Assembly (NCBI GenBank): GCA_030427445.1
Contig: JAUIBQ010000001.1
Span: 25,782-89,781 of the forward strand
DNA from: a bacterium
GTDB taxonomy: Bacteria; Patescibacteriota; Saccharimonadia; Saccharimonadales; SZUA-47
Length of the DNA: 64,000 nucleotides
Direction: 5' to 3'
Shown: positions 1 through 9,962 of the stretch, in pieces
Numbering within the stretch: position 1 is the stretch's first letter
Layout: the number at the start of each line of letters is the position of its first letter
Notes under the pieces: generated by a model
Told to the model about the DNA's origin: nothing
Databases searched by the model: none
What the model saw: only the letters and a program-made list of their open reading frames with translations
Made by a program: the position numbers and the translations under genes

Positions 1-129
1 CAGCAGATAGACTCGTTGAGTCGATCAGCATAGACCCAGAATTATTTGCCCTTCAGAGCCTACAAAGACAATTTAACCCCAACGAAAAAATCACAAAACC
101 GTCTGGTCCAAGTTACTGGTCCTAAGTTG

Positions 130-405
130 CTAGCTGTCGGTGGAATTCTCCTGCATGGTCCAGTTCAGGGTGCGGGAGTCGAACTTTAGCTTAAAGTACA
201 CTTGCTCTTGTTTGTCGCTCATCGAAAAATGATGAAGCGTCGTCGAACCTTTCTTTGTCTTGTGGTAGAAATCTACTTTTCCAAGCCGATAATCTACGTT
301 GTTCCAGGTCACTAAAAGTGGCTGGAATTGTTTGAATTTCGCGGAATAGCCAGCTAAAACAGACACTGGTTCATCCATATCTTCACGCATGTGTAGTAAC
401 TCCAT
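130..405 (-). CDS. Small conserved-looking hypothetical protein (start may be 378)
   Basis: 91-aa ORF with a beta-rich pattern ending YFKLKFDSRTLNWTM; no function assignable. Confidence 0.6.
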   Translation of the reverse strand: MELLHMREDMDEPVSVLAGYSAKFKQFQPLLVTWNNVDYRLGKVDFYHKTKKGSTTLHHFSMSDKQEQVYFKLKFDSRTLNWTMQENSTDS

Positions 406-480
406 TCGTTAGTTTTTACGGCTTATGCATAACCTACTAAAAACTATAGCAACAACTAAACAGTATTAATACTTAACGTG

Positions 481-1035
481 TTAAGCTACGAGACTAAGGT
501 GTCTATTTGTTGCTGCGGTGCCTCTGAGGTTCGTTACGAAATCGTCTGTGAACCGATCACCTAAGGGGCTCACTATCATCGATATATCATCAGGATGGGC
601 TAGTGGTGTATAAACACCCTCAACTAATACACTTGCGGACTGTAGGACACCTTTACAGGCCATAGAAGGAGCGCAGCCTTGACTATTCGACTGGATATCT
701 GTGTGTGAGGTTTCTACTCCTGTCAGAAGACAAAGTTGACTCTCCCATAAGTGCAGTTGAGCTGAAGCAACTTCCTGGGCCAACCCACTTACTCGTGCGG
801 AATCTCTTTCGTCTAAAGTTGCCCACCTGGGGTGCATATTCACCTCGTAAAAAATATTAAACCGTGGATTGCGAATATCGAGAGCTGTATAGCTCCGAGA
901 ACGATTGGTAGATAGGCTGAGGTAGGTTAGAGCAGCATCTACGTACTGCTCCTCGAGATCAAATCTGCTAATTTCATATGTTGTCATTATAGAGACCTTT
1001 TTGTTTTTTGATGATATATCGCTAATGTACTCCAA
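481..1035 (-). CDS. Hypothetical protein (true start probably further in)
   Basis: 184-aa ORF with no competing long ORF. Confidence 0.55.
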   Translation of the reverse strand: MEYISDISSKNKKVSIMTTYEISRFDLEEQYVDAALTYLSLSTNRSRSYTALDIRNPRFNIFYEVNMHPRWATLDERDSARVSGLAQEVASAQLHLWESQLCLLTGVETSHTDIQSNSQGCAPSMACKGVLQSASVLVEGVYTPLAHPDDISMIVSPLGDRFTDDFVTNLRGTAATNRHLSLVA

Positions 1036-1129
1036 AATTCTGACAAGACTGTGATATCGCTCACTAAATGATGATTAAAGCAATATTTACAACAGTGCGA
1101 AAATTCACAGACTGTAGAACTATCATGAT

Positions 1130-1732
1130 ATGCTACATCTAATGAAACGGTTGTACACTCTACAAGATTTTCTGATAGTGCTCTCGCTATCTGTATTTCT
1201 GGTCGTTCTTTTGAATATCACAGCTATCCTTGCAAAAGCATTCGGAGGGGAAGAAGTTGTCGCATTTTCGCAAACATTCATCGTAGAGATGTTTTCCGAG
1301 GCGTTCTTAACATATGCTTCAATGATATTTACACCTAGTTTGTTGACTATTGTCTTCTGGGGATTTGCCGGTTTTGTCATTTATCTTATTACAGAAATTA
1401 TGGTCAATGGGTTTTCTGGACTTAAAGAAACATTACAAGTTGACACTTCTTATCGGCACCCAAAATGGTATAGCAGAAAACGATACTGGATAATGGCAGG
1501 GCTAAACGCTGCTTTCCATGTTGGTATGGCGATGTTGATTGCACTCTGGACATATCTGTTCTTTAGTTATTTCGGCCCATTTAGTTCCTCATCTCTTTCG
1601 GTAGCACTCACAAGTTCAGATCAGCAGGAAATTATCACATACGGACTCTACTCAATACTCGGTGTATACACGGGACTTATGGGATATCTTGTGTACTGGC
1701 GAATCTTCCTCGCGTATCGCGAGAAATTCTAA
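1130..1732 (+). CDS. Integral membrane protein
   Basis: About 4 hydrophobic segments in 200 aa. Confidence 0.7.
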   Translation: MLHLMKRLYTLQDFLIVLSLSVFLVVLLNITAILAKAFGGEEVVAFSQTFIVEMFSEAFLTYASMIFTPSLLTIVFWGFAGFVIYLITEIMVNGFSGLKETLQVDTSYRHPKWYSRKRYWIMAGLNAAFHVGMAMLIALWTYLFFSYFGPFSSSSLSVALTSSDQQEIITYGLYSILGVYTGLMGYLVYWRIFLAYREKF

Positions 1733-1746
1733 GTCAGTTGTACTGG

Positions 1747-2415
1747 TTAAAGCAGAGAAAATAGTAAGAAAGCTACGATTGAAGCTCCGAATATAGCGAT
1801 AGGCACCTTGTTTCTGAATGAATATGAACTAGTGCTATACCCAGTAGTTTTGTAAACAAAGAAGTGTACTAGTAGTAATGCAATAAGGCCTAGTTCTATG
1901 GTTAGCTCTGCGGTATTCGTTTCACCATTACGAGAACCTGCACCAGATATGTTGCCTAAGATAGCAATAGGTAAGATTACGATAGCTATGGCTTGGAGCA
2001 TGTTCAACGTAATGAGTAGAAGCTGACTCAAAGTAGAGAGGGTGAATGTCTCAATATCAAACATCTGTAGTAATGGCTTTTTGATTTTCACGCCATTGTC
2101 ACTCATTAGCTGTAGGTGGTTCATTAGTCCAGTATCGTTAATAGCTTTACGTAAGCGAACAAGCGAGCCTGCTTGTGGGTATAGGAAAAATTTTGTGCCT
2201 ACATAATCAAGTTTAAGTTCAGTATTATCACTGAAAGCGACCTTAATTTTTCCAATTTTAGAAAGGACTTTAACATAGTTAATATCGGTAATCGGCCTAT
2301 CAATGACGGTCTTATCATCCTCTTTGTAGACTATCTTTTTGGCATCTACACTAACTGAAGCCGACCAGCCGTTATCTTTTCTATTTGCTATAAATATTTT
2401 TGAAGCTTCTGACAT
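1747..2415 (-). CDS. Hypothetical membrane protein
   Basis: Soluble N-terminal domain plus 3 C-terminal hydrophobic segments. Confidence 0.65.
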   Translation of the reverse strand: MSEASKIFIANRKDNGWSASVSVDAKKIVYKEDDKTVIDRPITDINYVKVLSKIGKIKVAFSDNTELKLDYVGTKFFLYPQAGSLVRLRKAINDTGLMNHLQLMSDNGVKIKKPLLQMFDIETFTLSTLSQLLLITLNMLQAIAIVILPIAILGNISGAGSRNGETNTAELTIELGLIALLLVHFFVYKTTGYSTSSYSFRNKVPIAIFGASIVAFLLFSLL

Positions 2416-2427
2416 AAAGTAATTATA

Positions 2428-3369
2428 TCATATTTTTCCGAGTTTTTTATCTATTTCAGCGTCAGGTGTTTCTATCTCTATCTGAAGATGATATGCCTGT
2501 GGAATCTCTCGTTTTATCTGTAGCCGGATCTCATCCAGAAGGTGCTCTATCTCATTCGTAGTCAGCGTATCTACGACATGGACTTCGAGCAAGATCATAA
2601 TTTTCTCACTGCCCAAGTACAGTGTCCTGAGGTCTAGAATCTCTTCTACTTCCTGATGGCTGAGTGTGCTTTTACGGATTTTGCGAACGATATCATCCGG
2701 CACTGACTTGCCCACGATTAGATCTCTCACATCTAAGACTAGAATCACAGCGGCAAACATCATCGTGACCCCGACGAACATACTTCCAAGCCCATCAAAA
2801 CGCACATCTCCAGTCACTACGTACACAAATAATGCAACAAATCCAATACCTGCAGATACAGTACCGAGCAAGTCTACGATAAACGTTGCTTTAGTCTCGA
2901 TTAACGACGAGCTACGAAACACATGCCACATGTGCTTACGTCTTTTGCCACGTAGGCGTTTCACACTTTTTTGGAATGCATAGTAGTTAGATACAAAGCC
3001 AATAGTTAGCATCAAAAATGCCAAGTAGATAGAGTCTAACTCTCCTGGATATAAGAATTGCTGAAGCCCGAGGTTGAGAGTGATAAGCCCTGTCCCGATA
3101 AACATTAATACACCAGCAATTAACACCCAGAAAAATATCTCACGACCATATCCAAGTGGATGTTTCTTGTCAGGTTTACGCTTGCTTCTCTTAACTCCAG
3201 CATAGAGGATAAATGCTGTAACTAAGTCAGAAAAGCCTTGTAGACTTTGAGAAAACATCACTCGAGAACCAGTGATAAACCCGATCAAGAGGTTCAACAG
3301 CACATCAGAAATACTGACTAAAAGAGAAGTGCCGACTACGTTTGAATCAGAATATGTTTTTTTGCTCAC
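2428..3369 (-). CDS. Cation diffusion facilitator (CDF) family transporter
   Basis: KPDKKHPLGYGRE motif, ~6 TM helices, C-terminal dimerisation domain; GTG start at 3369 chosen behind a TAAAAT box. Confidence 0.88.
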   Translation of the reverse strand: MSKKTYSDSNVVGTSLLVSISDVLLNLLIGFITGSRVMFSQSLQGFSDLVTAFILYAGVKRSKRKPDKKHPLGYGREIFFWVLIAGVLMFIGTGLITLNLGLQQFLYPGELDSIYLAFLMLTIGFVSNYYAFQKSVKRLRGKRRKHMWHVFRSSSLIETKATFIVDLLGTVSAGIGFVALFVYVVTGDVRFDGLGSMFVGVTMMFAAVILVLDVRDLIVGKSVPDDIVRKIRKSTLSHQEVEEILDLRTLYLGSEKIMILLEVHVVDTLTTNEIEHLLDEIRLQIKREIPQAYHLQIEIETPDAEIDKKLGKI

Positions 3370-3428
3370 TGCTACGAATATTTTAGCATGCCTATCCAGT
3401 ATGATTCTTTGTGCTATACTTTGCGTAT

Positions 3429-3698
3429 ATGGCATTTATTGGTATAGACATAGGACCGAGCAACCCGAAAACTAGTTTGAGTCCAGAGATTTGGAGTTAT
3501 GAACCTACAGAAGCTGAGGTAGACGCGGTAGCACGTGGAGATTTTGAAGCATGGGCAAGAACTATACCCGATGATTTGCCGGAGTTTGAGCTTTCTGCAA
3601 AGCCAGGACTCCGTACGTGGCTACTAGAAAATGGCCTCGGGAGTGTTGTCGTATTTCTAGAGACTCAAAACCCCTCATGCTTTGAAACTGATACATAG
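3429..3698 (+). CDS. Hypothetical protein
   Basis: ATG shortly after TATACT; 89 aa; precedes the 3719 gene. Confidence 0.5.
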   Translation: MAFIGIDIGPSNPKTSLSPEIWSYEPTEAEVDAVARGDFEAWARTIPDDLPEFELSAKPGLRTWLLENGLGSVVVFLETQNPSCFETDT

Positions 3699-3718
3699 TA
3701 GACTATTATTTCCTACTA

Positions 3719-4660
3719 ATGGGAAAAGTGTTTACACCTGAACAGTTAGAGCAAGGAAGAGTACCTGAGCTAGGTGCCCACGAAAAAGCAGCCGAATTTG
3801 TCTGTGAGCAATTGTTTTTTGATCAGAATATATTCGACGATATTCCACAACTAAGCACTAAAGAAAGAAGTAAGATTATCGTAGCGGGACTCGTACATGG
3901 TTCTTCCACTCACGGAACCACGAATACACGCAGTGATCATGACAACCTCCTCATCGTAGATTCATCATATGTACCGCAAAGTTCTGCCACAGTCACAGAA
4001 CTTATTAGCAGTGTATTTCGAGAAACGTACGCAAGATTCAATATCGAAGTAGAATCAAACAGGATTGAGCTTGGCGACATAGAGCGTCGACTCCATAAGA
4101 TAGACCCTGTGTTTCTCAATTACCTTTTGCGCGCAGAACAGAACCCAGAGTTTAGCTGGAACTCTCCTGCGACGATGATTAAAGAAGGGTTTACTAACGA
4201 AGATTTTCAACCATATAAACTCGCAGATGTGCTTTGTCGCTATTCAGCAGAAAAAATTGCCAAATTCGACAAAGCGATAAATAGTGACGAGGTTGATTAC
4301 CATGCGATGCAACGAGCCTTCGAACTTCCAAAAAACTTAGGTCGAAAAGTTCTTTCTGCACTAGACCCCGATTTTGATGTACAGACCGCGTCAACACAGG
4401 AAATCTTGGATGGTATGCTGGAGTTCTACAACTCACAAATACTAGCTGCTGGCAGATCAATCGGTAATTTAGAGTCAATTGTTAGGCTAGACAGAGAGTA
4501 CAGTGAACTACTAGATGATGTCGTGAAAGGCCGCAAAACTATCGGTGACTATACAGCATGGATTACAAGATGCTATAGACCGACAATCTTGCTCGCTGCG
4601 GAAGGCACTCGTCAGTACAAAGTTGCGTTAGATAATCATTTGCAAGAAGTAAGTATCTAA
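3719..4660 (+). CDS. Putative nucleotidyltransferase (Pol-beta superfamily) domain protein
   Basis: HGSSTHGTTNTRSDHDNLLI matches the hGS...SDhD signature. Confidence 0.65.
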   Translation: MGKVFTPEQLEQGRVPELGAHEKAAEFVCEQLFFDQNIFDDIPQLSTKERSKIIVAGLVHGSSTHGTTNTRSDHDNLLIVDSSYVPQSSATVTELISSVFRETYARFNIEVESNRIELGDIERRLHKIDPVFLNYLLRAEQNPEFSWNSPATMIKEGFTNEDFQPYKLADVLCRYSAEKIAKFDKAINSDEVDYHAMQRAFELPKNLGRKVLSALDPDFDVQTASTQEILDGMLEFYNSQILAAGRSIGNLESIVRLDREYSELLDDVVKGRKTIGDYTAWITRCYRPTILLAAEGTRQYKVALDNHLQEVSI

Positions 4661-4664
4661 AAAT

Positions 4665-4934
4665 TTATATCATGTCTATTTGGTCACTAATCATTGTGTC
4701 GATTTCTACTTCTGTAAATAAACATCCTCGTCTTTTAAAATGATCTTTAGCAAGGATTCTTAACCCAAGAGACGCTTCTATATCTTCATCAGTAAGGGTA
4801 AACATCGCACCTGACTCTTTTGCAACAATTCCTCGAATATCTACAAGACTCGCTATGGCACTTGCTGTGTTTACAGACTTCGCGTAACATTCAGTCGGAT
4901 CTAAACATCTCTCACACGGGTTGAAATGTATCAT
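4665..4934 (-). CDS. Hypothetical protein with Cys cluster
   Basis: CERC..EC near the N-terminus; tightly packed with neighbours. Confidence 0.5.
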   Translation of the reverse strand: MIHFNPCERCLDPTECYAKSVNTASAIASLVDIRGIVAKESGAMFTLTDEDIEASLGLRILAKDHFKRRGCLFTEVEIDTMISDQIDMI

Positions 4935-4940
4935 TTTTGC

Positions 4941-5234
4941 TTAAAATTTAGCCTTAGCACATAAAGCATAAAGACGAGACTCGCAAAATTCCAGGTTCAT
5001 AAGTCTTAAAAATTCGCCCCCAACATAATTATAGAGAATTTCACCTTCTTCAATTTCTCCAGCTTTCATAATCTCTTGACTTCTTATTCTCTGTTGATGT
5101 AAATCTTGAAGCATTAGCTCTTCGCTACCGGTAAAATCCCATCCACGAGCATACCCTAGATCACAAATTTGTGTGATATGCACTGGCTGGTAAGGTCCAT
5201 AGACTTGTGGAATTATTTCTAAGGATTGACTCAT
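4941..5234 (-). CDS. Hypothetical protein
   Basis: 97-aa ORF, co-oriented with the next gene 6 bp away. Confidence 0.5.
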   Translation of the reverse strand: MSQSLEIIPQVYGPYQPVHITQICDLGYARGWDFTGSEELMLQDLHQQRIRSQEIMKAGEIEEGEILYNYVGGEFLRLMNLEFCESRLYALCAKAKF

Positions 5235-5313
5235 GCACTAATTGTTGCATTATATTATCTAAACAACAAGCATAAACGACTTGGCAGCCCTTGATAGACG
5301 AGCTTCGGAACAA

Positions 5314-5682
5314 TTAATAATTACCTTTGCCAGGTATTATATGTCGAATTCCACCACGCGGATCTTCAACGTCACCCTCATATCTAGGAATTAAGTGAAA
5401 ATGACAATGGTCTATTGTTCTACCTGCTGCTCGACCGTCATTTAAACCAAGATTGTATGCATCATCTATGTGAGCTTTTGCTAACTTAAGCATTGCATGT
5501 ACTGCCAACATCTCTTCGTCAGACAAATCAAACATAGATTCGACGTGCCTTTTAGGAACAACTTCTACATGTCCAGGGCTAACAGGAAAGTTATCAAGCC
5601 TCGTATAAACTACTGCGTTTTGAGTGATTACAGTATTTATTTCTGGGTTATCGAATTCACAAAATAAACATTCTTTAATCAT
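5314..5682 (-). CDS. HIT family nucleotide hydrolase
   Basis: CLFC, FPVSPGH and HCHFHLIPR histidine triad. Confidence 0.92.
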   Translation of the reverse strand: MIKECLFCEFDNPEINTVITQNAVVYTRLDNFPVSPGHVEVVPKRHVESMFDLSDEEMLAVHAMLKLAKAHIDDAYNLGLNDGRAAGRTIDHCHFHLIPRYEGDVEDPRGGIRHIIPGKGNY

Positions 5683-5728
5683 AAAGCAATTAAAACATTG
5701 TAAATAATTCATGTAAATTGCTTAAGCT

Positions 5729-5894
5729 TGGCAGGGGAGACAGGACTTGGTGCACAACTTCTACTTCGCAAAACTAGTTGCGAGTGAAGTTGTTACTCTG
5801 AATGCCACCGGCATTCTTCCCCTATCGGTTCAAGTCCATCTCACCCAGTAGTATCAAAATAAAAAATCCGACACATTGGTCGGACGTTTTATTA
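5729..5894 (-). repeat. tRNA-Trp 3'-end duplication unit (terminator, inverted copy, hairpins, direct copy)
   Basis: 5729-5749 is identical to tRNA positions 5895-5915; degenerate inverted copy GGTTCAAGTCCATCTCACCC at 5827-5846. Confidence 0.85.
5861..5890 (-). terminator. Intrinsic terminator after tRNA-Trp
   Basis: TCCGAC/GTCGGA stem followed by a T-run on the minus strand. Confidence 0.7.
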
Positions 5895-5970
5895 TGGCAG
5901 GGGAGACAGGACTTGAACCTGCAACCAACGGTTTTGGAGACCGCTACTCTACCAATTGAGCTACTCCCCT
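5895..5970 (-). tRNA. trnW: tRNA-Trp(CCA)
   Basis: Reverse complement AGGGGAGTAGCTCAATTGGTAGAG...CTCCAAA...GGTTCAAGTCC...CCA, 76-nt cloverleaf. Confidence 0.97.
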
Positions 5971-6061
5971 ACATTTGGTATCTTGAGCAAAACTATTATA
6001 ACTGATAAAAGTAATTCAGGGTAGGGTTGATTGAATAACCGTCTTTAATCTGTTATAAATA

Positions 6062-6739
6062 ATGTCAATGAGTAAGCAAAAAATGCGCTTAGACAAGCCA
6101 ATCTTAATCATGCTCTATGGGTTTCCTGGAGCAGGTAAAACGCACTTTTCACATAATCTAGTTAATGATCTTGATGCAGCACACATTCATGGTGACAGAA
6201 TCAGAAACGAATTGTTCGAAGACCCACGATACGATGCTCAAGAAGATGCTATCGTAAAACAACTTATGACATATATGGCTGAAGAGTTTCTTAACGCGGG
6301 TGTTAGTGTGATTTTCGATGCTAACGCAATGCGCAAAACGCAACGGCATGAAATTCGAGAAATAGCCCGTAAGAAAAAAGCAAAAACTTTGCTTGTATGG
6401 TTCCAGATGGATCCAGACACTGCCTTCCAGCGACTAAAGAACCGTGACCGAAGAACAGCGGACGACAAGTATGCCGTTGAGTATACTCCTGAGACGTTCA
6501 AACAAATCGCTAGCCGTATGCAGCACCCCCTCAATACAGAAGACTTCGTCGTTGTGAGCGGAAAACACACCTATAACTCGCAAAGATCTGTATTTTTCCA
6601 TAAGTTAGTAGAGCTGGGCTACGCAAATAGACAAGAAGCATCAGTAAAGGTTGCAAAGCCAGGCATGATAAACCTCGTCCCTCACACACGCCGTGATCGA
6701 CTTGATATGACATCGCGACGTAATATCAACATAAGATAA
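6062..6739 (+). CDS. P-loop kinase-like ATP-binding protein (AAA_33 type)
   Basis: GFPGAGKT Walker A and VIFDA Walker B. Confidence 0.85.
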   Translation: MSMSKQKMRLDKPILIMLYGFPGAGKTHFSHNLVNDLDAAHIHGDRIRNELFEDPRYDAQEDAIVKQLMTYMAEEFLNAGVSVIFDANAMRKTQRHEIREIARKKKAKTLLVWFQMDPDTAFQRLKNRDRRTADDKYAVEYTPETFKQIASRMQHPLNTEDFVVVSGKHTYNSQRSVFFHKLVELGYANRQEASVKVAKPGMINLVPHTRRDRLDMTSRRNINIR

Positions 6740-6750
6740 ACCACCCGTGT

Positions 6751-7452
6751 ATGCGTAAAAAACTAGATATAACTATTGCTGGTCATGATGTCGTTTTCTC
6801 GCGTAGAAAAGGCACGAGACATCTTCGTATCTCAATCAAGTCAGACAGTACGATCATGCTCACTGCACCACATATCGTGTCTGAAAAAAAGGCGATTGAA
6901 TACCTGCTTTCTAAAAAAGATTGGATCGAGCAACATATTAAGCCAACTCCGAAATTTGAAGACAACTCACTGATAGGCAAGGGAGGCCGTGTCATCATCC
7001 TGACAGAAAACATAGAAGCTCCAACTGTGCGAGTCTATAAATACGACGTGATAGTAAAAGTTGCGAGCTTAGATCAGGTTGAAGAGCCAGAATTGCAAAA
7101 GAAAATTGCTACTTCAGCAGATAAATCGATTAAGAAACAGGCTGAGGTATTATTGCCCCAACGTCTCGAGCAACTCTCGAAGAAATATGGCATCAGCTAC
7201 CGCTCTTCAAGTGTAAGAAAACTTAAAAGTCGCTGGGGTTCATGCGACAGCAACAACGACATCACACTAAATATGTATCTAATACAATTAGACTGGTCGC
7301 TTATTGACTACGTCATAGTTCATGAGCTCGTGCATACCATTCATAAACATCATCAGAGTGAGTTCTGGGATGAGGTAACAAAAATACTACCCGAGCACAA
7401 AGAGTTACGTAAAAGACTAAAAGAACATAAGACCACTGCATTTGCCCAATAA
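6751..7452 (+). CDS. YgjP/DUF45 (M48-like) zinc metallohydrolase
   Basis: SRWGSC and DYVIVHELVH...HQSEFW motifs. Confidence 0.9.
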   Translation: MRKKLDITIAGHDVVFSRRKGTRHLRISIKSDSTIMLTAPHIVSEKKAIEYLLSKKDWIEQHIKPTPKFEDNSLIGKGGRVIILTENIEAPTVRVYKYDVIVKVASLDQVEEPELQKKIATSADKSIKKQAEVLLPQRLEQLSKKYGISYRSSSVRKLKSRWGSCDSNNDITLNMYLIQLDWSLIDYVIVHELVHTIHKHHQSEFWDEVTKILPEHKELRKRLKEHKTTAFAQ

Positions 7453-7505
7453 CTTTGACAAAGTGCTCATGGTTTAGAATAATACACTCTTAGGAATAGA
7501 GAGAT

Positions 7506-8633
7506 ATGGCAACAAAAAAACCTTCGAAATCAGCTAATGGGAAGAAAGCCTCAGCTAAAGAATATGAGATTGATCACCAACGTCTCGAAAGTCTCGTTAA
7601 CAGCATGGCGGACGGTGTGCTTTCGACGAATGAAAAGGGTGAAATCGTCCTGTACAACGGTGCGGCGTTAAATGTACTCGACGTAAACGCTATTCAAAAA
7701 GGCGACCCGATAGAGAACGTATTAAAACTCACGAACGAGAACAAAGAGCCACTTGATGTAAAACGCATTATCCTCAACTGTAAAACTCAAACGATATCAC
7801 GCGACTATAAGCTAGTTTACGAAGATAGCAGTGTGGTCAGCATTTACCTGAGCATTTCACCAGTGCACTTAGGTTACGGAAAAACAGGTGAAAGTGGCTA
7901 TGTACTCATCATCCGTGACATCACCCGTGAGAAGTCACTAGAAGAAGAGCGAGACGAGTTCATTAGTGTTATAAGTCACGAACTTCGCACACCAGCCGCT
8001 ATCACTGAAGGTGCTGTTAGTAATGCGATCTTCATGCTCGAAAAGACGGGCGATTTGGAAAAGATTAATGATGCACTAGAAACAGCACATAAGCAAGCGA
8101 GGTACCTTGAGGATATGATTAACGACCTCTCCACTCTTTCCCGTGCAGAGCGAGGCGTACTCGAAAAGAACATTGAGGAGATAAATGCTCATGATTTCGT
8201 CAAGCAACTTGAAGATAGTTACAAAAAACAAGCTGAGGAAAAAGGCTTAGAGCTAAAAGTCGATATCGACCCACATCTTTCATTACTAAAGAGCGTTAGA
8301 CTCTACGTCACAGAAATCATGCAAAACTTTATCACGAACGCGATTAAATACACTGAAGAAGGCTCAGTCACGATTCATGCCAAGCAAAAAGATAATGGTG
8401 TGGAGTTTGCCGTGAGCGACACTGGCATAGGGATCAGTAAAGGAGATCAGGCAAGAGTGTTTGAGAAGTTTTTCCGCGCAGAAGATTTCCGCACTCGAGC
8501 TCAAAACGGTACTGGCCTAGGTCTTCACGTAACACGTAAGCTATCACAGTTAGCTGAAGCTAAGATTTCTCTAGAATCAGAACTCAACGAAGGCTCTACC
8601 TTCCGCATCTTCTTCCCAAATCTCTCAAAATAG
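7506..8633 (+). CDS. PAS-domain sensor histidine kinase (soluble, orphan)
   Basis: SHELRTP H-box, NAIKYT, DTGIGI, GTGLGL. Confidence 0.93.
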   Translation: MATKKPSKSANGKKASAKEYEIDHQRLESLVNSMADGVLSTNEKGEIVLYNGAALNVLDVNAIQKGDPIENVLKLTNENKEPLDVKRIILNCKTQTISRDYKLVYEDSSVVSIYLSISPVHLGYGKTGESGYVLIIRDITREKSLEEERDEFISVISHELRTPAAITEGAVSNAIFMLEKTGDLEKINDALETAHKQARYLEDMINDLSTLSRAERGVLEKNIEEINAHDFVKQLEDSYKKQAEEKGLELKVDIDPHLSLLKSVRLYVTEIMQNFITNAIKYTEEGSVTIHAKQKDNGVEFAVSDTGIGISKGDQARVFEKFFRAEDFRTRAQNGTGLGLHVTRKLSQLAEAKISLESELNEGSTFRIFFPNLSK

Positions 8634-8679
8634 TTCTAGTGCTTGCAATACAGACTGCACTACACAATAATCTTATTCC

Positions 8680-9168
8680 ATGAGATACGTAGAAGAATTT
8701 CTAGAGCTTGAAAAAATCGATGACTGTAAAGAAATTGCCACTAGACCTAAGCTAGCAGCCATGGCACTAATGGAGTTAAGTCTGCTAAAAGGCGACGAGC
8801 CAGTTTCTTTTAAAAAGCGTAAGCCGATATTTGAGCATGCGATCAATTCTAGAAATCGTAAACTAGCACGACTTGGTCACGAATTTCCAATCCGTGTGAG
8901 ACAACAGTCAGCAGTTGAACTGCCTTGCGATGTTCTTCTTTATGCTCGCTACGTCGCTTCAATGTCTGTTCAAACTCAACTAGGACAGGACGTATACGAG
9001 TTTAGTGAAGCTCAAACATCAATTTCAGGCAACAATAACTCGAGTACCAGAACTGTAGAGGGAATAACCGTTGTTGCTAACGCGTGGAGACAAGTAGATG
9101 ATTCAGTGAGGAATTATTTGCGACTGCAACATGACAATATCCTAGAATATGGTATCCCAACTACTTAA
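8680..9168 (+). CDS. Hypothetical protein
   Basis: 162-aa ORF behind a TTGCAA...CAAT promoter-like region. Confidence 0.6.
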   Translation: MRYVEEFLELEKIDDCKEIATRPKLAAMALMELSLLKGDEPVSFKKRKPIFEHAINSRNRKLARLGHEFPIRVRQQSAVELPCDVLLYARYVASMSVQTQLGQDVYEFSEAQTSISGNNNSSTRTVEGITVVANAWRQVDDSVRNYLRLQHDNILEYGIPTT

Positions 9169-9444
9169 TCATCAGAGCTTAGGAAACAGTAAGCAAAGAG
9201 TACTATACTTTATATATTATTGTATTTACGAGTGAAATTATTTCATTTCCCAGAGGATTTAATAGAGCTATGAATCTCTATCCTATTGGTTCACAACATA
9301 TGTCGAGTTAGCACGTCAAGCGAAAATCGCCACCCCAATCATGACTTATTTTATGAAATAGTTCATGTTCCAAACCCTATCAACAGAAAATCAACATTTC
9401 CTAAAAAAGCTATATTCGACGCCACGGTAGTCGACTAAAAAGAT

Positions 9445-9792
9445 TTAATCGCGTGAGCGTATTTCTTCGACAGCTTTGTACAAAGAATCTACAAGGTCAC
9501 CAGGATACTCATCGAAACTGAAAAACGCAGAAACTTGTATCGAGTCTTTTCCTTGATTAGGTGCAGCTATACCTACATCATCAGTCGTAACATCTACTGG
9601 TGGCTGCATTGCTGACAACACATCAACCAGCACTTGTGATGCTGTCGCACAAGCTGATGCAGGTGGAAAACTATCATTGCTATGACGTGCGGTTATTGGT
9701 GTAGCCCATAAGCTAGCACGCACTCGGGTTTCAGTGCCTACTCTCTCTACTTGCATATCTAAACTTCGCCCATCTCTTAATACGTCTGCCAT
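9445..9792 (-). CDS. Hypothetical protein
   Basis: 115-aa ORF with an AGGAG ribosome-binding site. Confidence 0.6.
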   Translation of the reverse strand: MADVLRDGRSLDMQVERVGTETRVRASLWATPITARHSNDSFPPASACATASQVLVDVLSAMQPPVDVTTDDVGIAAPNQGKDSIQVSAFFSFDEYPGDLVDSLYKAVEEIRSRD

Positions 9793-9962
9793 GGTTTTTC
9801 TCCTGATTAATATTGTTTATTAAACACAGTACGAAGGAGCATGGCAAGCATATGCATAATTTACAGTATATTGACTATCAACATCAGAAGGGTGTACAAT
9901 GTAGCTATTGACTCCTGAGGCAGACTCAGGATTTTTTAATTTATAAGAAAAGAGACGAAGAA

